The notes under the pieces were generated by a model that was given only the letters and a program-made list of their open reading frames with translations, was not told the origin of the DNA and did no database searches. From positions 128,001 through 192,000 of the forward strand of contig CAWDVE010000019.1 in the NCBI GenBank assembly GCA_963805625.1: 64,000 bases of DNA. Reading direction: 5' to 3'. The stretch comes from an uncultured Candidatus Rokubacteria bacterium (lineage in GTDB: Bacteria; Methylomirabilota; Methylomirabilia; Rokubacteriales; DASRDR01). Positions 49,668 to 60,285 of this stretch are shown here, piece after piece. The position numbers and the translations under genes are program-made. How positions within the stretch are numbered: position 1 is the first letter of the stretch; each line of letters begins with the position of its first letter.

Positions 49668-50545
49668 GTGCGGATCGCGACCTGGAATGTCAACTCGCTG
49701 AAGGCCCGCCTGGAGCGGGTCGTCCTGTGGCTCGAGCGCGCCCAGCCGGACGTGCTCCTGATGCAGGAGACGAAGCTCGGGGACGCGGACGCCCCGGCCG
49801 ACGTCTTCGAGCGCGCCGGCTACACCCTGGCGCATCACGGGGAGGGCAGGTGGAACGGCGTCGCCATCGCGAGCCGCTCGGGCGTCGCGGACGTGGTGAC
49901 GAACTTCGGCGCCCCGCTGCGCGCCGCCCGCACGGAGGACACCGGCGACGACGAGCCGTTCGCCGAGGCGCGGATGATCGCCGCCTCGTGCGGCGGCGTG
50001 CGCGTCGTGTCCCTCTACGCGCCCAACGGCCGGAGCGTCGGCTCCGTCTTCTACCAGGCCAAGCTGGCCTGGTTCGACCGGCTCGCCCGCTGGCTGGCCG
50101 AGGCGGCGGACCCGCGCGCGCCGCTCGTGCTCGGGGGCGACTTCAACGTCGCGCCCGCGGACGCCGACGTCTGGGACGCCGCAGGCCTGCCACGGCGGGA
50201 CCCACGTCTCGGAGCCGGAGCGGGCGGCCTTCGCGCGGCTCCTGCGACTGGGGGCTCGTCGACATCTATCGCCGGCAGCACTCCGAGCCCGGACGCTACA
50301 GCTGGTGGGACTACCGCGCCGGCAACTTCTACAAGAACATCGGCATGCGCATCGACCACCTGCTGGTGTCGGCGCCGCTCGCGGACCGCGTCGTCTGGAG
50401 CGAGATCGACCGCGAGACGCGCAAGGGGAAGCCCTTGCCCTCGGACCACACGCCGGTCGTGATCGACATCGACGAGCCGGGGCGTCCCTTCGACGCGGGC
50501 TGGGCGTCGGCCGAGGAGCGCATCGCCGCGCGGCGCTCCCGGTGA
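49668..50545 (+). CDS. xth: exodeoxyribonuclease III / AP endonuclease (frameshifted at about 50180-50250)
   Basis: ATWNVNSL, QETK, YAPNG, GDFNVAP, then SWWDYR, RIDH and SDH in the second frame. Confidence 0.92.
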
Positions 50546-51628
50546 TCCTCGAGCCGCCGATCGAGCCGATGCTGGCGACGCTCGGCGACGAGCTGCCCGC
50601 CGGCGACGGGTGGCTCTTCGAGCCGAAGTGGGACGGCTTCCGCGCGATCGTGTTCCGCGACGGCGACCGCCTCTACATCCAGAGCCGGGACCTCAAGCCG
50701 CTCGACCGCTACTTCCCGGAGCTGGCAGCGCCCCTCTCGCGCGGCCTTGCCCGAGCGCTGCGTCGTCGACGGCGAGATCGTGATCGCCGACCGCGCACGG
50801 GCTCGACTTCGACGCGCTCCAGCTGCGGCTGCACCCGGCGGCCTCGCGGGTGGCGAAGCTGGCGGCGGAGACGCCGGCGTCGTTCGTCGCCTTCGATCTC
50901 CTGGCCGAGGGCGACGAGGACCTGCGCGCCCGCCCGCAGGCGGAGCGCCGCGCGCGGCTGGAGCGGGCGCTCGGGCGCGCCGGCGGCCGCGTCCATCTCA
51001 CGCCGTGCAGCCGCGACCGCGCCGTCGCGCAGGACTGGTTCCAGCGCTTCGAGGGCGCCGGGCTCGACGGCGTCGTCGCCAAGCACGAGAGCACGACCGT
51101 ACCAGCCCGGCAAGCGCGCGATGATCAAGGTCAAGCACGCGCGCACGCGCCGACTGCGTCGTCGCGGGCTTCCGCTGGCACAAGAACGGCCCCGGCGAGC
51201 TCGTCGGCTCGCTGCTCCTCGGGCTCTACGACGACGGCGGGAGCGCTCCACCACGTCGGGGTGACGTCGTCCTTCACGATGACGCCGGGCGCCGCCAGCT
51301 CGCGACGGAGCTCGCGCCGCTCCGCGCGAACGCGCTCGAGGGGCATCCCTGGCGTGACTGGGCCGGGGCCGAGGAGAGCGCGACGCGCATGCCCGGCGGC
51401 AGCAGCCGGTGGAGCGCGGGCAAGGACCTCTCGTGGGAGCCGCTCCGCATCGAGCGCGTGTGCGAGGTCAAGTACGACCACCTGCAGGGCGACCGCTTCC
51501 GGCACGCGGCGACCTTCCTGCGCTGGCGGCCGGACAAGCGGCCCGCGGACTGCCGCTACGACCAGCTCGAGGTCACCCCACCGGCGGAGCTGGCCGCGAT
51601 CTTCCGCGAGGCGGCCGGGCGGGCCTGA
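50542..51628 (+). CDS. ligC: ATP-dependent DNA ligase, LigC type (multiple frameshifts)
   Basis: EPMLA, motif I EPKWDGFR, DGEIV, FDLL, DGVVAK, KVKH, MPGGSSRW, EVKYDH, RFRH, RWRPDK. Confidence 0.88.
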
Positions 51629-51631
51629 CCG

Positions 51632-52938
51632 TCAGCCTCCACGCGATCGGCGCGGAGGCGCCGTACCCCACGCCGGCGGGTCGTCCGGATCGAGGGGCTC
51701 CGGCGCCGGCCGGAGCGTCGTCGGGCACGTGCTCCAGGTTGACGCGGATGCGGGTCCAGGTCGAGGAGCGGCCGCGCATCGAGTCGACGAGCACGTCGGC
51801 GGGCTGGAGGTGCGGGACGACCGCGGGATGACGCGCCTTCCACCGCTCGAGGCCGGCGAGCGCGTCCTCCTTCCTCTGCGGCGCGGCCGATCTCGACGAG
51901 CGGCTTCGTCGGAACCCGGCGGCCGCCCGCTTCGGCGCTCCGCGACGGGGCGACCCGCGCCGGCTCGCCGGGCTGCTTGGCGTAGTGCGGCGGCCACGGC
52001 GCGTCGCCGAGGCCCTCGGCCTCCTGCGCGGCCGAGAGCTCGAGCAGCGGCTCGAGCGAGCACGGGTGCTCGTCGATCCCGGCGTGACGGTCGCCGATCT
52101 CGGCGAAGCGGGCCGGCATCGTCCGGAGCGTGAAGTCCCCCGGCGCGCACGCGCCGAGCTCGTCCCACGTCACGGGCGCCGAGACGCGCGCGTCGGGCGT
52201 GGGGCGCACCGAGTAGGCGCTGGCGACGGTGCGGTCCTTGGCGTTCTGGTTGTAGTCGAGGAAGACGCCGTGACGCTCCTCCTTCCACCACTTGCTGGTC
52301 GCGAGCGCCGGCGCCCGCCGCTCCACCTCGCGCGCGAGGGCGAGGGCGGCGCGCCGCACCTCCACGAACGACCACCGCGGGTGGATCCGCACGAGGATGT
52401 GGATGCCCCGCGAGCCCGAGGTCTTCGGCCAGCCGACCAGCCCGAGGTCGCCGAGGGCCGCGCGCACGACCGTGGCGACGGCCACGAGCTGGGACCACTC
52501 GACGCCGGGCACCGGGTCGAGATCGATCCGGAGCTCGTCGGGATGATCGAGGTCCTCCGCGCGCACCGGATGCGGGTGAAGCTCCAGGCACCCGAGGTTC
52601 ATCATCCATGCGAGGGCTGCGGCGTCCCGCGGCACGACCTCGTCGGCGAGGCCGCCCGAGGGGAAGCGGAGGGAGACGACCTCGACCCAGTCCGGCCGCG
52701 ACGTGGGCGCGCGCTTCTGGTAGAAGGACTCGCCGTGGATCCCGTTCGGATAGCGGACGAGGACGTTCGGCCGGCCGCCCGCGCCCCGGAGCGCCCCGTC
52801 GGCCACGGCGAGGTAGTAGCGCACGACCTCGAGCTTGGTGATTCCGGCCTCGGGAAAGTAGACCTTGCCGGGATTGGTGATCGTCACCTCGCGGCCGGCG
52901 ACCTCGAGCGTGACGCGCTCGCCCTTTGGAGGCGCCAT
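51632..52938 (-). CDS. stand-alone LigD-type polymerase (Prim-PolC/PolD1-like AEP), frameshifted near the 3' end
   Basis: RYPNG, FYQKRAP, DLDP, KTSGSRGIH, FLDYNQNAKDRT, YSVRP; C-terminal MRGRSSTWTRIRVNL domain. Confidence 0.88.
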
Positions 52939-53145
52939 GCTTTGAGCATAGTCCAGGCGACGCGGAACCCGGCCAAAGGTCTGACACTGGAGGCGTCGCT
53001 GCCGCGCCGCCCGTTCGCCACGGTGACCCCTGGGGACGGTGGCCGCGAGCGCCAGTGGGGTGGGACGCGTGCTCTTCGCCGTCGGTCCGCGCTCCGCCGT
53101 GAGGTACTGTGGAAGAGAGGGCCGCTCGCCGGAAGGAGGACCTCC

Positions 53146-53652
53146 ATGAAGGTGTGTCGAAGGGTGTCGCTGCTGGCGGTTTCGGTTGTCGCGCTGTGGG
53201 CGCTGGCACGCGCGGTGTCCGCGCAGATGCCGGATGCCATTGCCGCGCCGGGGGAGACCGTCGTCGCGACCCTCCATGCGGAGGGGGCGCAGGTCTACGA
53301 GTGCAAGGCCGAGGCGGGCGGCAAGCTCGCGTGGCAGTTCCGCGAGCCGATCGCGACCCTCCTTCTCGACGGCAAGACGGTCGGCCGGCACTACGCGGGG
53401 CCGAGCTGGGAGCACGGCGACGGCAGCGCCGTGATGGGCAAGGTGGCCGCTCGCGCGCCCGGCGCCAGCCCGAAGGACATCCCGTGGCTCAAGCTCGACG
53501 CGACGGAGCGCCGCGGCACCGGGCTGCTGTCGGGCGTGACGACCGTCCAGCGCATCAAGACAGAGGGCGGCGTCGCGGAGGGCGCGTGCGAACGGGCCGG
53601 CGCCTACCTGAGCGTCCCCTACGCCGCGGAGTACGTGTTCCTCCGCAAGTGA
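53146..53652 (+). CDS. DUF3455 family secreted protein
   Basis: signal peptide, GAQVYEC, GRHYAGPSW, DIPWL, VQRIKTEGG, VPYAAEYVF. Confidence 0.85.
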   Translation: MKVCRRVSLLAVSVVALWALARAVSAQMPDAIAAPGETVVATLHAEGAQVYECKAEAGGKLAWQFREPIATLLLDGKTVGRHYAGPSWEHGDGSAVMGKVAARAPGASPKDIPWLKLDATERRGTGLLSGVTTVQRIKTEGGVAEGACERAGAYLSVPYAAEYVFLRK

Positions 53653-53676
53653 TCGCCAGCTCGAGGAGGCCGCCTC

Positions 53677-53976
53677 ATGTGTCGAGCCATCAAGGCGCTC
53701 CACAACTTCACGCCGCCCGCCTCCGATGAGGAGATCCGCGCGTCGTCCCTTCAGTTCGTCCGGAAGCTGAGCGGCTTCACGCGGCCCTCCAGGGCGAACG
53801 AGCCCGCGTTCAGCCGGGCGGTGGACCAGGTGGCCCAGGCCGCCCGCGAGCTTCTCGACGCCCTGGTCACGACGGCGCCGCCCCGCGATCGGGACGTCGA
53901 GGCGTCGAAGGCCCGGGCCCGGTCGGCGGACCGGTTCGGCGCGTCCAGGGCGGGCCGCGCTGCGGCCTCGGGGTAG
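53677..53976 (+). CDS. DUF2277 family protein
   Basis: MCRAIKALHNFTPPASDEEIRASSLQFVRKLSG signature. Confidence 0.85.
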   Translation: MCRAIKALHNFTPPASDEEIRASSLQFVRKLSGFTRPSRANEPAFSRAVDQVAQAARELLDALVTTAPPRDRDVEASKARARSADRFGASRAGRAAASG

Positions 53977-53997
53977 GGGAGCGGACCGCGGATCTCG

Positions 53998-54747
53998 CTA
54001 CGGCTGCGCGGTGATCTGGCCCGTCTGCGACCGCGAGCGATGTGGCTCCGGGATGCTCTCCGGACGGTTCGTCCAGAACGTCGTGCCCGCGTCGTCGGTC
54101 CATCGATAGATCTTGCTTCGGACTGCCGGGGGGACCGATCCCGTGCGGGGCTCGTCGGGAGATGGCGTCGGCGCGACGGGCGGCGCCGGCGGCGGATTGG
54201 GGATCCACACCCACACGTAGGGCGTTGCCACGCCGTCTCCGCGGAGCTCGTAGCGCCCGGTCGGGTGCTCGACGACGCTCGGCGAGGCAGTGGCCGGGGC
54301 CGCCGCGGCCGGGGCGGGCTGCGGAGACGCGACGGACGGCGACACGTAGACGGTCGGTGATACGTAGATGACCGGCGACACGCTGACGGCCGGAGGCGAC
54401 ATGTCGACCGGCGGCTCGTAGAGCGCCGCCGGCGCGTAGAGGGCCGTCGTGCCCAGGAACCCGGGGAAGGCGTGATGCGGCGCCCGGTGAGAGAGGCGCG
54501 CGGGAGGCACCCGGGCCAGCCGGCTCTCCGGGCTCCCCGGGAGGGGCAAGGGGAATCCGCCGGGCGACCCGAACGCGCCCTGCGGCCGGTATTCGGCTGG
54601 CGCCCGGAATCCGCTGTGCGCAGGGGCGGGCCCGACCGCGTGGCGTGCGCGCCGAGAGTGCGGCCGGCCGCCGGCGAAGGCCGCCGCCGGTAGCAGGGAA
54701 GCCGCAAGAGTCACGCACACCGTGAGGGCAATGAAGTGTCGTCTCAT
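53998..54747 (-). CDS. secreted proline-rich protein with a C-terminal DUF4124-like motif
   Basis: signal peptide, GRYELRGDG...WVWIPNPP, IYRWTDDAGTTFWTNRP. Confidence 0.7.
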   Translation of the reverse strand: MRRHFIALTVCVTLAASLLPAAAFAGGRPHSRRARHAVGPAPAHSGFRAPAEYRPQGAFGSPGGFPLPLPGSPESRLARVPPARLSHRAPHHAFPGFLGTTALYAPAALYEPPVDMSPPAVSVSPVIYVSPTVYVSPSVASPQPAPAAAAPATASPSVVEHPTGRYELRGDGVATPYVWVWIPNPPPAPPVAPTPSPDEPRTGSVPPAVRSKIYRWTDDAGTTFWTNRPESIPEPHRSRSQTGQITAQP

Positions 54748-54927
54748 CCCGGGTCACGCTCTGAGACAGAGTCTACTCCCCACCGGTGGTGCTGAACAGG
54801 TCAGGCTGCGAAGGTCGGATGCGTCACGGCCTGGGCGCCCCGCCACCGTAGCCCCGCGGGACGCGGGTATTTGGGTTCGGCGTGCCGTGAAACATCCGCG
54901 CACCGGACAGCGCTAAGCTGGGGCCCC

Positions 54928-55626
54928 ATGACGGAAGCCAACATCGCGTTCGTGGCGCGTCTCCTGGCCGATCCGACCCGCGCGGCCATGTGCCTGGCCC
55001 TGGCGGGCGGCGAGGCCAGACCGGCGGGCGAGCTGGCCGCCCGCGCCGGCGTCTCCGCGCAGACGGCCAGCAACCATCTGGCCAAGCTGATCGACGGCCG
55101 CATCCTGCGCGTCGAGCAGCAGGGGCGCTGGCGCTACTACCGCCTGGCCGGCGCCGACGTGGGCCATGCCGTCGAGGCGCTCGCCGTCGTGGCGCCGCCG
55201 CTGCCCGGCCCGGTCGCGGGCGACGCCATGCACGGCGTGGCGCGCCGGCTCAGGGACGCGCGCACCTGCTATAGCCACCTGGCGGGCCGGTTGGGCGTGG
55301 CGCTGGCCGATGCGCTGGTCGCTGAACGGTGGATGGAAGAAGACGGTCGCAGCTACCGGCTGACCCCGACCGGCACGCGCTCGCTGCGCGCACTCGGGAT
55401 CGAGGTGCGCGGTCGTCCGGCGCAGCCCGCGGCGCGGCGGTGCCTGGACTGGACGGAGCGCCGGCCGCACGTTGCCGGCCCGGTGGGCACGGCGCTGGCG
55501 AGCCTCGCCCTCGACCGTGGCTGGGTGCGACGCGTCCGGGGGACGCGAGCGGTCGTCGTCACGCCGGCGGGCCGCGCGCAGCTCAAGAAGGTCTTCAACG
55601 TGCGATGGGAGGAGAGGGCCTCATGA
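54928..55626 (+). CDS. ArsR/SmtB family transcriptional regulator
   Basis: LADPTRA, ASNHLAKL, QGRWRYYRL, ARTCYSHLAG, CLDWTERRPH. Confidence 0.9.
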   Translation: MTEANIAFVARLLADPTRAAMCLALAGGEARPAGELAARAGVSAQTASNHLAKLIDGRILRVEQQGRWRYYRLAGADVGHAVEALAVVAPPLPGPVAGDAMHGVARRLRDARTCYSHLAGRLGVALADALVAERWMEEDGRSYRLTPTGTRSLRALGIEVRGRPAQPAARRCLDWTERRPHVAGPVGTALASLALDRGWVRRVRGTRAVVVTPAGRAQLKKVFNVRWEERAS

Positions 55627-55928
55627 TCACGCTGAGCATTCGCTACACGATCGACGCGCGGAAGCGTCAGGACTTCGAGCGGTACGCACGGGCTCTGGGC
55701 GGCATCATCCCGCGCTGCGGCGGCGAGCTCATCGGCTACTGGTTGCCGACCAAGTTCGCCGGCCCGACCAACTCCGCGCTGGCCTTGATCGACTTCCCGA
55801 GCCTCGCGGCGTACGAGCAGTACCGCGACCGTCTCGCCAAGGACGACGACAACATCGACAGCGTGCAGCGCGCCGACGAGAGCGGCTGCATCCTCGTCGA
55901 GGACCGGGCGTTCCTCGAGCGCGTCTAG
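55623..55928 (+). CDS. NIPSNAP family protein
   Basis: IRYTID, CGGELIGYWLP, FPSLAAYEQYR; ATGA overlap with the regulator. Confidence 0.85.
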   Translation: MITLSIRYTIDARKRQDFERYARALGGIIPRCGGELIGYWLPTKFAGPTNSALALIDFPSLAAYEQYRDRLAKDDDNIDSVQRADESGCILVEDRAFLERV

Positions 55929-56315
55929 CGCCTCGCCGCGCGGCGTCGGGGCGCGCGCTCGCAGGATTGTTCGCGGGCCCCGGCGCGGGCGGCGGGTGCT
56001 CGCCAGGATCAAGGAGCCGGCAGGCGTCCACCGACGCTCGGGCTGGTGCCAGCCCGGCCGGGAAGAGACTTCATGTCGCCGGGGCGCCTTGACGCTCCGA
56101 GCCGACTGATCGTAGCGTAGGCGGAGTCAGGATCTGAGTCTCGACGACCGGAGACCGTCCTCCAGGACCCCCACGTCAGGGCCCAGGTGAGGCTGATGGC
56201 GAAGTGTCGGCGATCGATCCCTCGACCGCTGGCAGGGTGTCCCGGCGCATCGTGAGGGTATCAGGAACGTGACGCTGCTGCGGCTGGCCGGCACATCGGT
56301 TGCGGGGAGCGTGAC

Positions 56316-59300
56316 GTGACGACACCAGCGGAGGGCTTCACTCTCGAGGACGTCCTCCGGGAGGAGCGCGACTTCCTGAGGGGCCCGGCGGACAAGGACG
56401 CACCTCGCAACACTCAAGACGAGCCGCGCCATCCGGACGAGTTCCTGGGCCTGGCCTTCTCGGGCGGCGGGATCCGCAGCGCCACGTTCAATCTCGGCGT
56501 GCTCCAGGCCCTCTCGGAGCTGAAGCTCCTCAAGGAGTTCGACTACCTCTCCACGGTGTCGGGCGGGGGCTACATCGGGAGCTGGCTCTCGGCCTGGATC
56601 CATCGTGCGGGCATCGACACCGTCGAGCAGCAGCTCAGCATGAAGGATCACCCCCACGAGGAACCGAAGGAGGTGACGTTCCTCCGGAGCTACAGCAACT
56701 ATCTCACCCCGAGGACGGGAATCCTCAGCACGGACACCCTGGCCGCGGTGGTGACGTATCTCCGCAACCTCATCCTCAATCTCTCGATCGTCCTGCTCTG
56801 TCTCACCGTCGCCCTGCTCCTGCCGCGCATGATCGCGTGGGCCGGGCAATTCCTTCAGGCCCAGTCGGATGTCCTGCTCGTGGGCGCCGCGCTGGGGCTC
56901 GGTGTCGCCGTGTTCTTCATCAATCTCAATCTCGCCAGTCAGCTTCCGTACAGCCAGAGCAATCGCGACAAGAGGTCTCTGGGCTCGAGGTGGAAGGCGC
57001 CACGGTACGCCACGCGCACTGCGGTGGTCGCCTGGATCGTGCTCCCCCTGGTGCTCGCGGCTCTGGCCCTGAGCTTCTGGCTGGCCGGTCCCGCACCCCC
57101 GCTGGCGCAGGCATTGCTCGAGACCGATTGGCCCACGCTGCGCCTCGATGCCGAGATCATCGGCGGCATGATCTTCACGATCGGCCTCTTCTGGTTCTGC
57201 GCATTGAGGATAGCGCGCGTGTTGCGAGAGCCGGGCGATCGTCCGACGTGGAGATGGCGATTGGGTGCCCTCCTGATCGGCGTGCTGATCGGTCTGGTCG
57301 GGCTGGTCGCGTTCCAGGAGATCATGTTCGCCAGAACCGACCCGGGGTCTTCTCGCCTGTGGTGGGCGACTGTGTGGGGGCTCCCAGGTCTGCTCGGCGT
57401 GTTCGGGCTGGCCGTCGTGTTCGTGATCGGCGTGAGCGGGCGCCAGTTCGAGGAGGACAGCCGGGAGTGGTGGAGCCGTCTGGGGGGTGTCCTGTTCGGC
57501 GTCGCCGTCGGCTGGCTGGTCGTCGCGGGTCTCGCCGTTCACGCGCCCCCCTGGGTCATGAGGGTGACCCGCCTCGCCCAAGGTCTGAGCGTCGCCTGGC
57601 TCGTGACCACCATCGTCGGCGTGCGCGCCGCCATGAGCGGGTCCACCGGTAAGCCAGGGTCTATCAGCTGGCGCGAGCGGCTCGCGATGATCACGCCCTA
57701 CGTCTTCCTGGCCGGGCTCCTGATTGCCCTCGCCTTCGGCATTCATGCCGCCCTGGCCGCGTGGCACGGCGAGAGCACGTTCACCTTCGAGGGGAACGAC
57801 TACTTCAGCGACATCACGAAGTGGCTCAGCTTGGGGGGCCTCGGGGCGCCGTTCCTGTTCAGCGCGGCCCTCGCCGCGTTCTTCTCCTGGCGGATCGACG
57901 TGAACGTGTTCGCCTTCCACATGTTCTACCGGAACCGGCTGGTCCGGTGCTACCTTGGCGCCAGCAATCCGCAACGGGCGAATCATCCCTTCACCGGCTT
58001 CGACGGAGGCGATTCCGTGCCGATGAAGGATCTTCAGCAGCGCCCCTACCATCTGGTCAACGCGGCGTTGAATATCACCCGCGGGACCCGTTTGGCGTGG
58101 CAGGAGCGAAAGGCCGCGTCCTTTATCGCCAGCCCGATCTTCTGCGGGTACGAGCTGAGGGACGACGACCGCAAGGCCGCCAGGACCTACCAGCGCACGG
58201 AGCATTACCTCGCCGAGGAGAACGAGGCGCGCAAGCGCCGCCGCACGAAGGCCTGGAAGCGGCGGAACCGCTCAGCGAGCGACGAGCCGGATCCCGGGGA
58301 GCTCAAGCTGGGTCTCGGGACCGCGCTGGCCGTGTCCGGAGCCGCGGCAAGTCCCAATCAGGGGTATCACTCCTCGCCCGCGGTCGCGTTCCTGATGACG
58401 GTGTTCAACGTGCGGCTCGGGTGGTGGCTTCAGAATCCCGCTCAGCTTCGGCAGTGGCGACAGATGGGCCCCCGCTGGGGGATCATGTACCTCCTGTCCG
58501 AGCTCTTGGGCATGGCGGACGACTCCTCCAAGTACGTGTATCTCAGCGATGGGGGCCACTTCGAGAATCTCGGCATCTACGAGCTGGTGCGGCGCCGCTG
58601 CCGGTTCATCGTCGCCTGTGATGCGAGCATGGACCCGGGATTCGAGTTCGAGGACCTCGGCAATGCCATTCGCAAGTGCCAGGTCGACCTCGGTGTCTCG
58701 ATCGAGATCGACGCCCAGTCGATCCGACCGGATCTCGCGACGCAGCGGGGCCTGGCTCATTGCGCGGTCGGCACCATTCGCTACGGGCGCGCCGGCGGGC
58801 AGGCGGCCGGCGGCACGCATGCGGCGGACGGCTATCTCCTTTACATCAAGCCCTCCATCACCGGGAGCGAGCCCAGCGACGTCCTGCAGTACCGGGTCGC
58901 TCACGCCGAGTTCCCGCACGAGAGCACGTCCGACCAGTGGTTCGGCGAGTCCCAGTTCGAGAGTTACCGGAAGCTCGGCCATCACATCACGCGTCTGGTG
59001 TTCCGCAGCGCAGGCATCACCGAGCCGCGTGGACGGGCCGCATCCGAGCGCCCCGGACGGGAGCGGATGTTCGTCGCCCTCAAGGAGCGCTGGTATCCAT
59101 CGAGCGCCGCGGTCAAGGCCAGTTTCTCGAGGCACGCCGACCGCCTGAACACGCTCAAGGTGGCGCTGCGCCGGGATGACAGCCTCCGCTTTCTGGACGC
59201 CCAGATCTACCCGGAGTGGGACGAGCTCATGAGGGGGCGGGAGGCCCCTCATCGCTCAGGCCTGTCGCTGCCGCCCTCGGCCAGGGAAGCTCGGGCCGGC

Positions 59301-59972
59301 TTCTACTTCTGCATCAACCTGCTCGAGCTGATGCAGAACGTCTATCTCGACCTGAACCTGGAGGAGGAGCACAACCATCCGGACAACCGGGGGTGGATGA
59401 ACCTCTTCAAGCACTGGTCCTGGGCGACCATGCTCCGGGCCACCTACGCGATCTGCTGTTCGACCTTCGGGGCGCGGTTCCAGACGTTCTGCGCCCGGCG
59501 TCTGGATCTCGTGCCGGGAGAGCCTAGGGTGGTGTCGCGCAGCGTGAACGGGCCGGTGAGCGGAATCCTCGACGAGGCGCACCGGCGGGGGGAACTCAAC
59601 TTTTGGGAGGTCAAGGTCATCGGCGATTGCGAGTCGGCGGGCGTGCCCTTCGACGAGATCCACCTGCTCCGGCTGAGGGTCGAGGATCCCAGCCGGGCCG
59701 CGGCCGATCCCGACGCGGAGGCGGCGCTCGAGTTCACTTTCGGCTTCGCGCTGACCCATCAACGAGAGTTCGTCTACTTCCGCGTGCAGGACCACTTGCG
59801 TCGGATGGGCCTGGCCCGCGACGCTCTCCTGAGACTGTGCAAGCGCCGCTACACGGAGGTGTCGAAGCATGCTCGGGAGGATGCCGATCCGGAGGGATGG
59901 CGACGCTTCCGGGCGCTGTTGACCTCGGCGCTGAGCGAGATCAGCGGCCTCTCGAGCGCCACCCGCGAATAG
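56316..59972 (+). CDS. large integral-membrane cPLA2/patatin-like phospholipase with a C-terminal GNAT-like extension
   Basis: GLAFSGGGIRSA, YLSTVSGGGY, YLSDGGHFENLG, FPHESTSDQWF; many TM helices between the catalytic Ser and Asp; RVQDHLRRMGLA near the C-terminus. Confidence 0.85.
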   Translation: MTTPAEGFTLEDVLREERDFLRGPADKDAPRNTQDEPRHPDEFLGLAFSGGGIRSATFNLGVLQALSELKLLKEFDYLSTVSGGGYIGSWLSAWIHRAGIDTVEQQLSMKDHPHEEPKEVTFLRSYSNYLTPRTGILSTDTLAAVVTYLRNLILNLSIVLLCLTVALLLPRMIAWAGQFLQAQSDVLLVGAALGLGVAVFFINLNLASQLPYSQSNRDKRSLGSRWKAPRYATRTAVVAWIVLPLVLAALALSFWLAGPAPPLAQALLETDWPTLRLDAEIIGGMIFTIGLFWFCALRIARVLREPGDRPTWRWRLGALLIGVLIGLVGLVAFQEIMFARTDPGSSRLWWATVWGLPGLLGVFGLAVVFVIGVSGRQFEEDSREWWSRLGGVLFGVAVGWLVVAGLAVHAPPWVMRVTRLAQGLSVAWLVTTIVGVRAAMSGSTGKPGSISWRERLAMITPYVFLAGLLIALAFGIHAALAAWHGESTFTFEGNDYFSDITKWLSLGGLGAPFLFSAALAAFFSWRIDVNVFAFHMFYRNRLVRCYLGASNPQRANHPFTGFDGGDSVPMKDLQQRPYHLVNAALNITRGTRLAWQERKAASFIASPIFCGYELRDDDRKAARTYQRTEHYLAEENEARKRRRTKAWKRRNRSASDEPDPGELKLGLGTALAVSGAAASPNQGYHSSPAVAFLMTVFNVRLGWWLQNPAQLRQWRQMGPRWGIMYLLSELLGMADDSSKYVYLSDGGHFENLGIYELVRRRCRFIVACDASMDPGFEFEDLGNAIRKCQVDLGVSIEIDAQSIRPDLATQRGLAHCAVGTIRYGRAGGQAAGGTHAADGYLLYIKPSITGSEPSDVLQYRVAHAEFPHESTSDQWFGESQFESYRKLGHHITRLVFRSAGITEPRGRAASERPGRERMFVALKERWYPSSAAVKASFSRHADRLNTLKVALRRDDSLRFLDAQIYPEWDELMRGREAPHRSGLSLPPSAREARAGFYFCINLLELMQNVYLDLNLEEEHNHPDNRGWMNLFKHWSWATMLRATYAICCSTFGARFQTFCARRLDLVPGEPRVVSRSVNGPVSGILDEAHRRGELNFWEVKVIGDCESAGVPFDEIHLLRLRVEDPSRAAADPDAEAALEFTFGFALTHQREFVYFRVQDHLRRMGLARDALLRLCKRRYTEVSKHAREDADPEGWRRFRALLTSALSEISGLSSATRE

Positions 59973-60285
59973 CGCCCGGGGGCTTGTGTCACGACGCGCC
60001 AGTCGCCTCTGGCGCCCTCCGACGGGATGTTGACGCCAGTGCTGCGCGACGGTAGCCAGCCTGACGCGGACCCGCTCGGAGGACGAGAACCCAGTCAGTG
60101 GCTCCCGCGCAGCATCGGGCCGATCATCGCTCGAGCTCCGCTTGACCACTCCGGCGAGCGGCGAGGGAGGAGGCGCGACCCGCTGTCGCGCCTCCCGTAG
60201 GGCCAGCAGAGTGCCTGCCGACGCTGCACCACCAACGCGGCATCAAATCATCGGCGGCACACGACGATCAGCGGCACACGAGGTC

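Noticed and set aside
50542-52938. Canonical Ku-LigD NHEJ operon
   Set aside because: No Ku or phosphoesterase domain is present, and the ligase is LigC-sized
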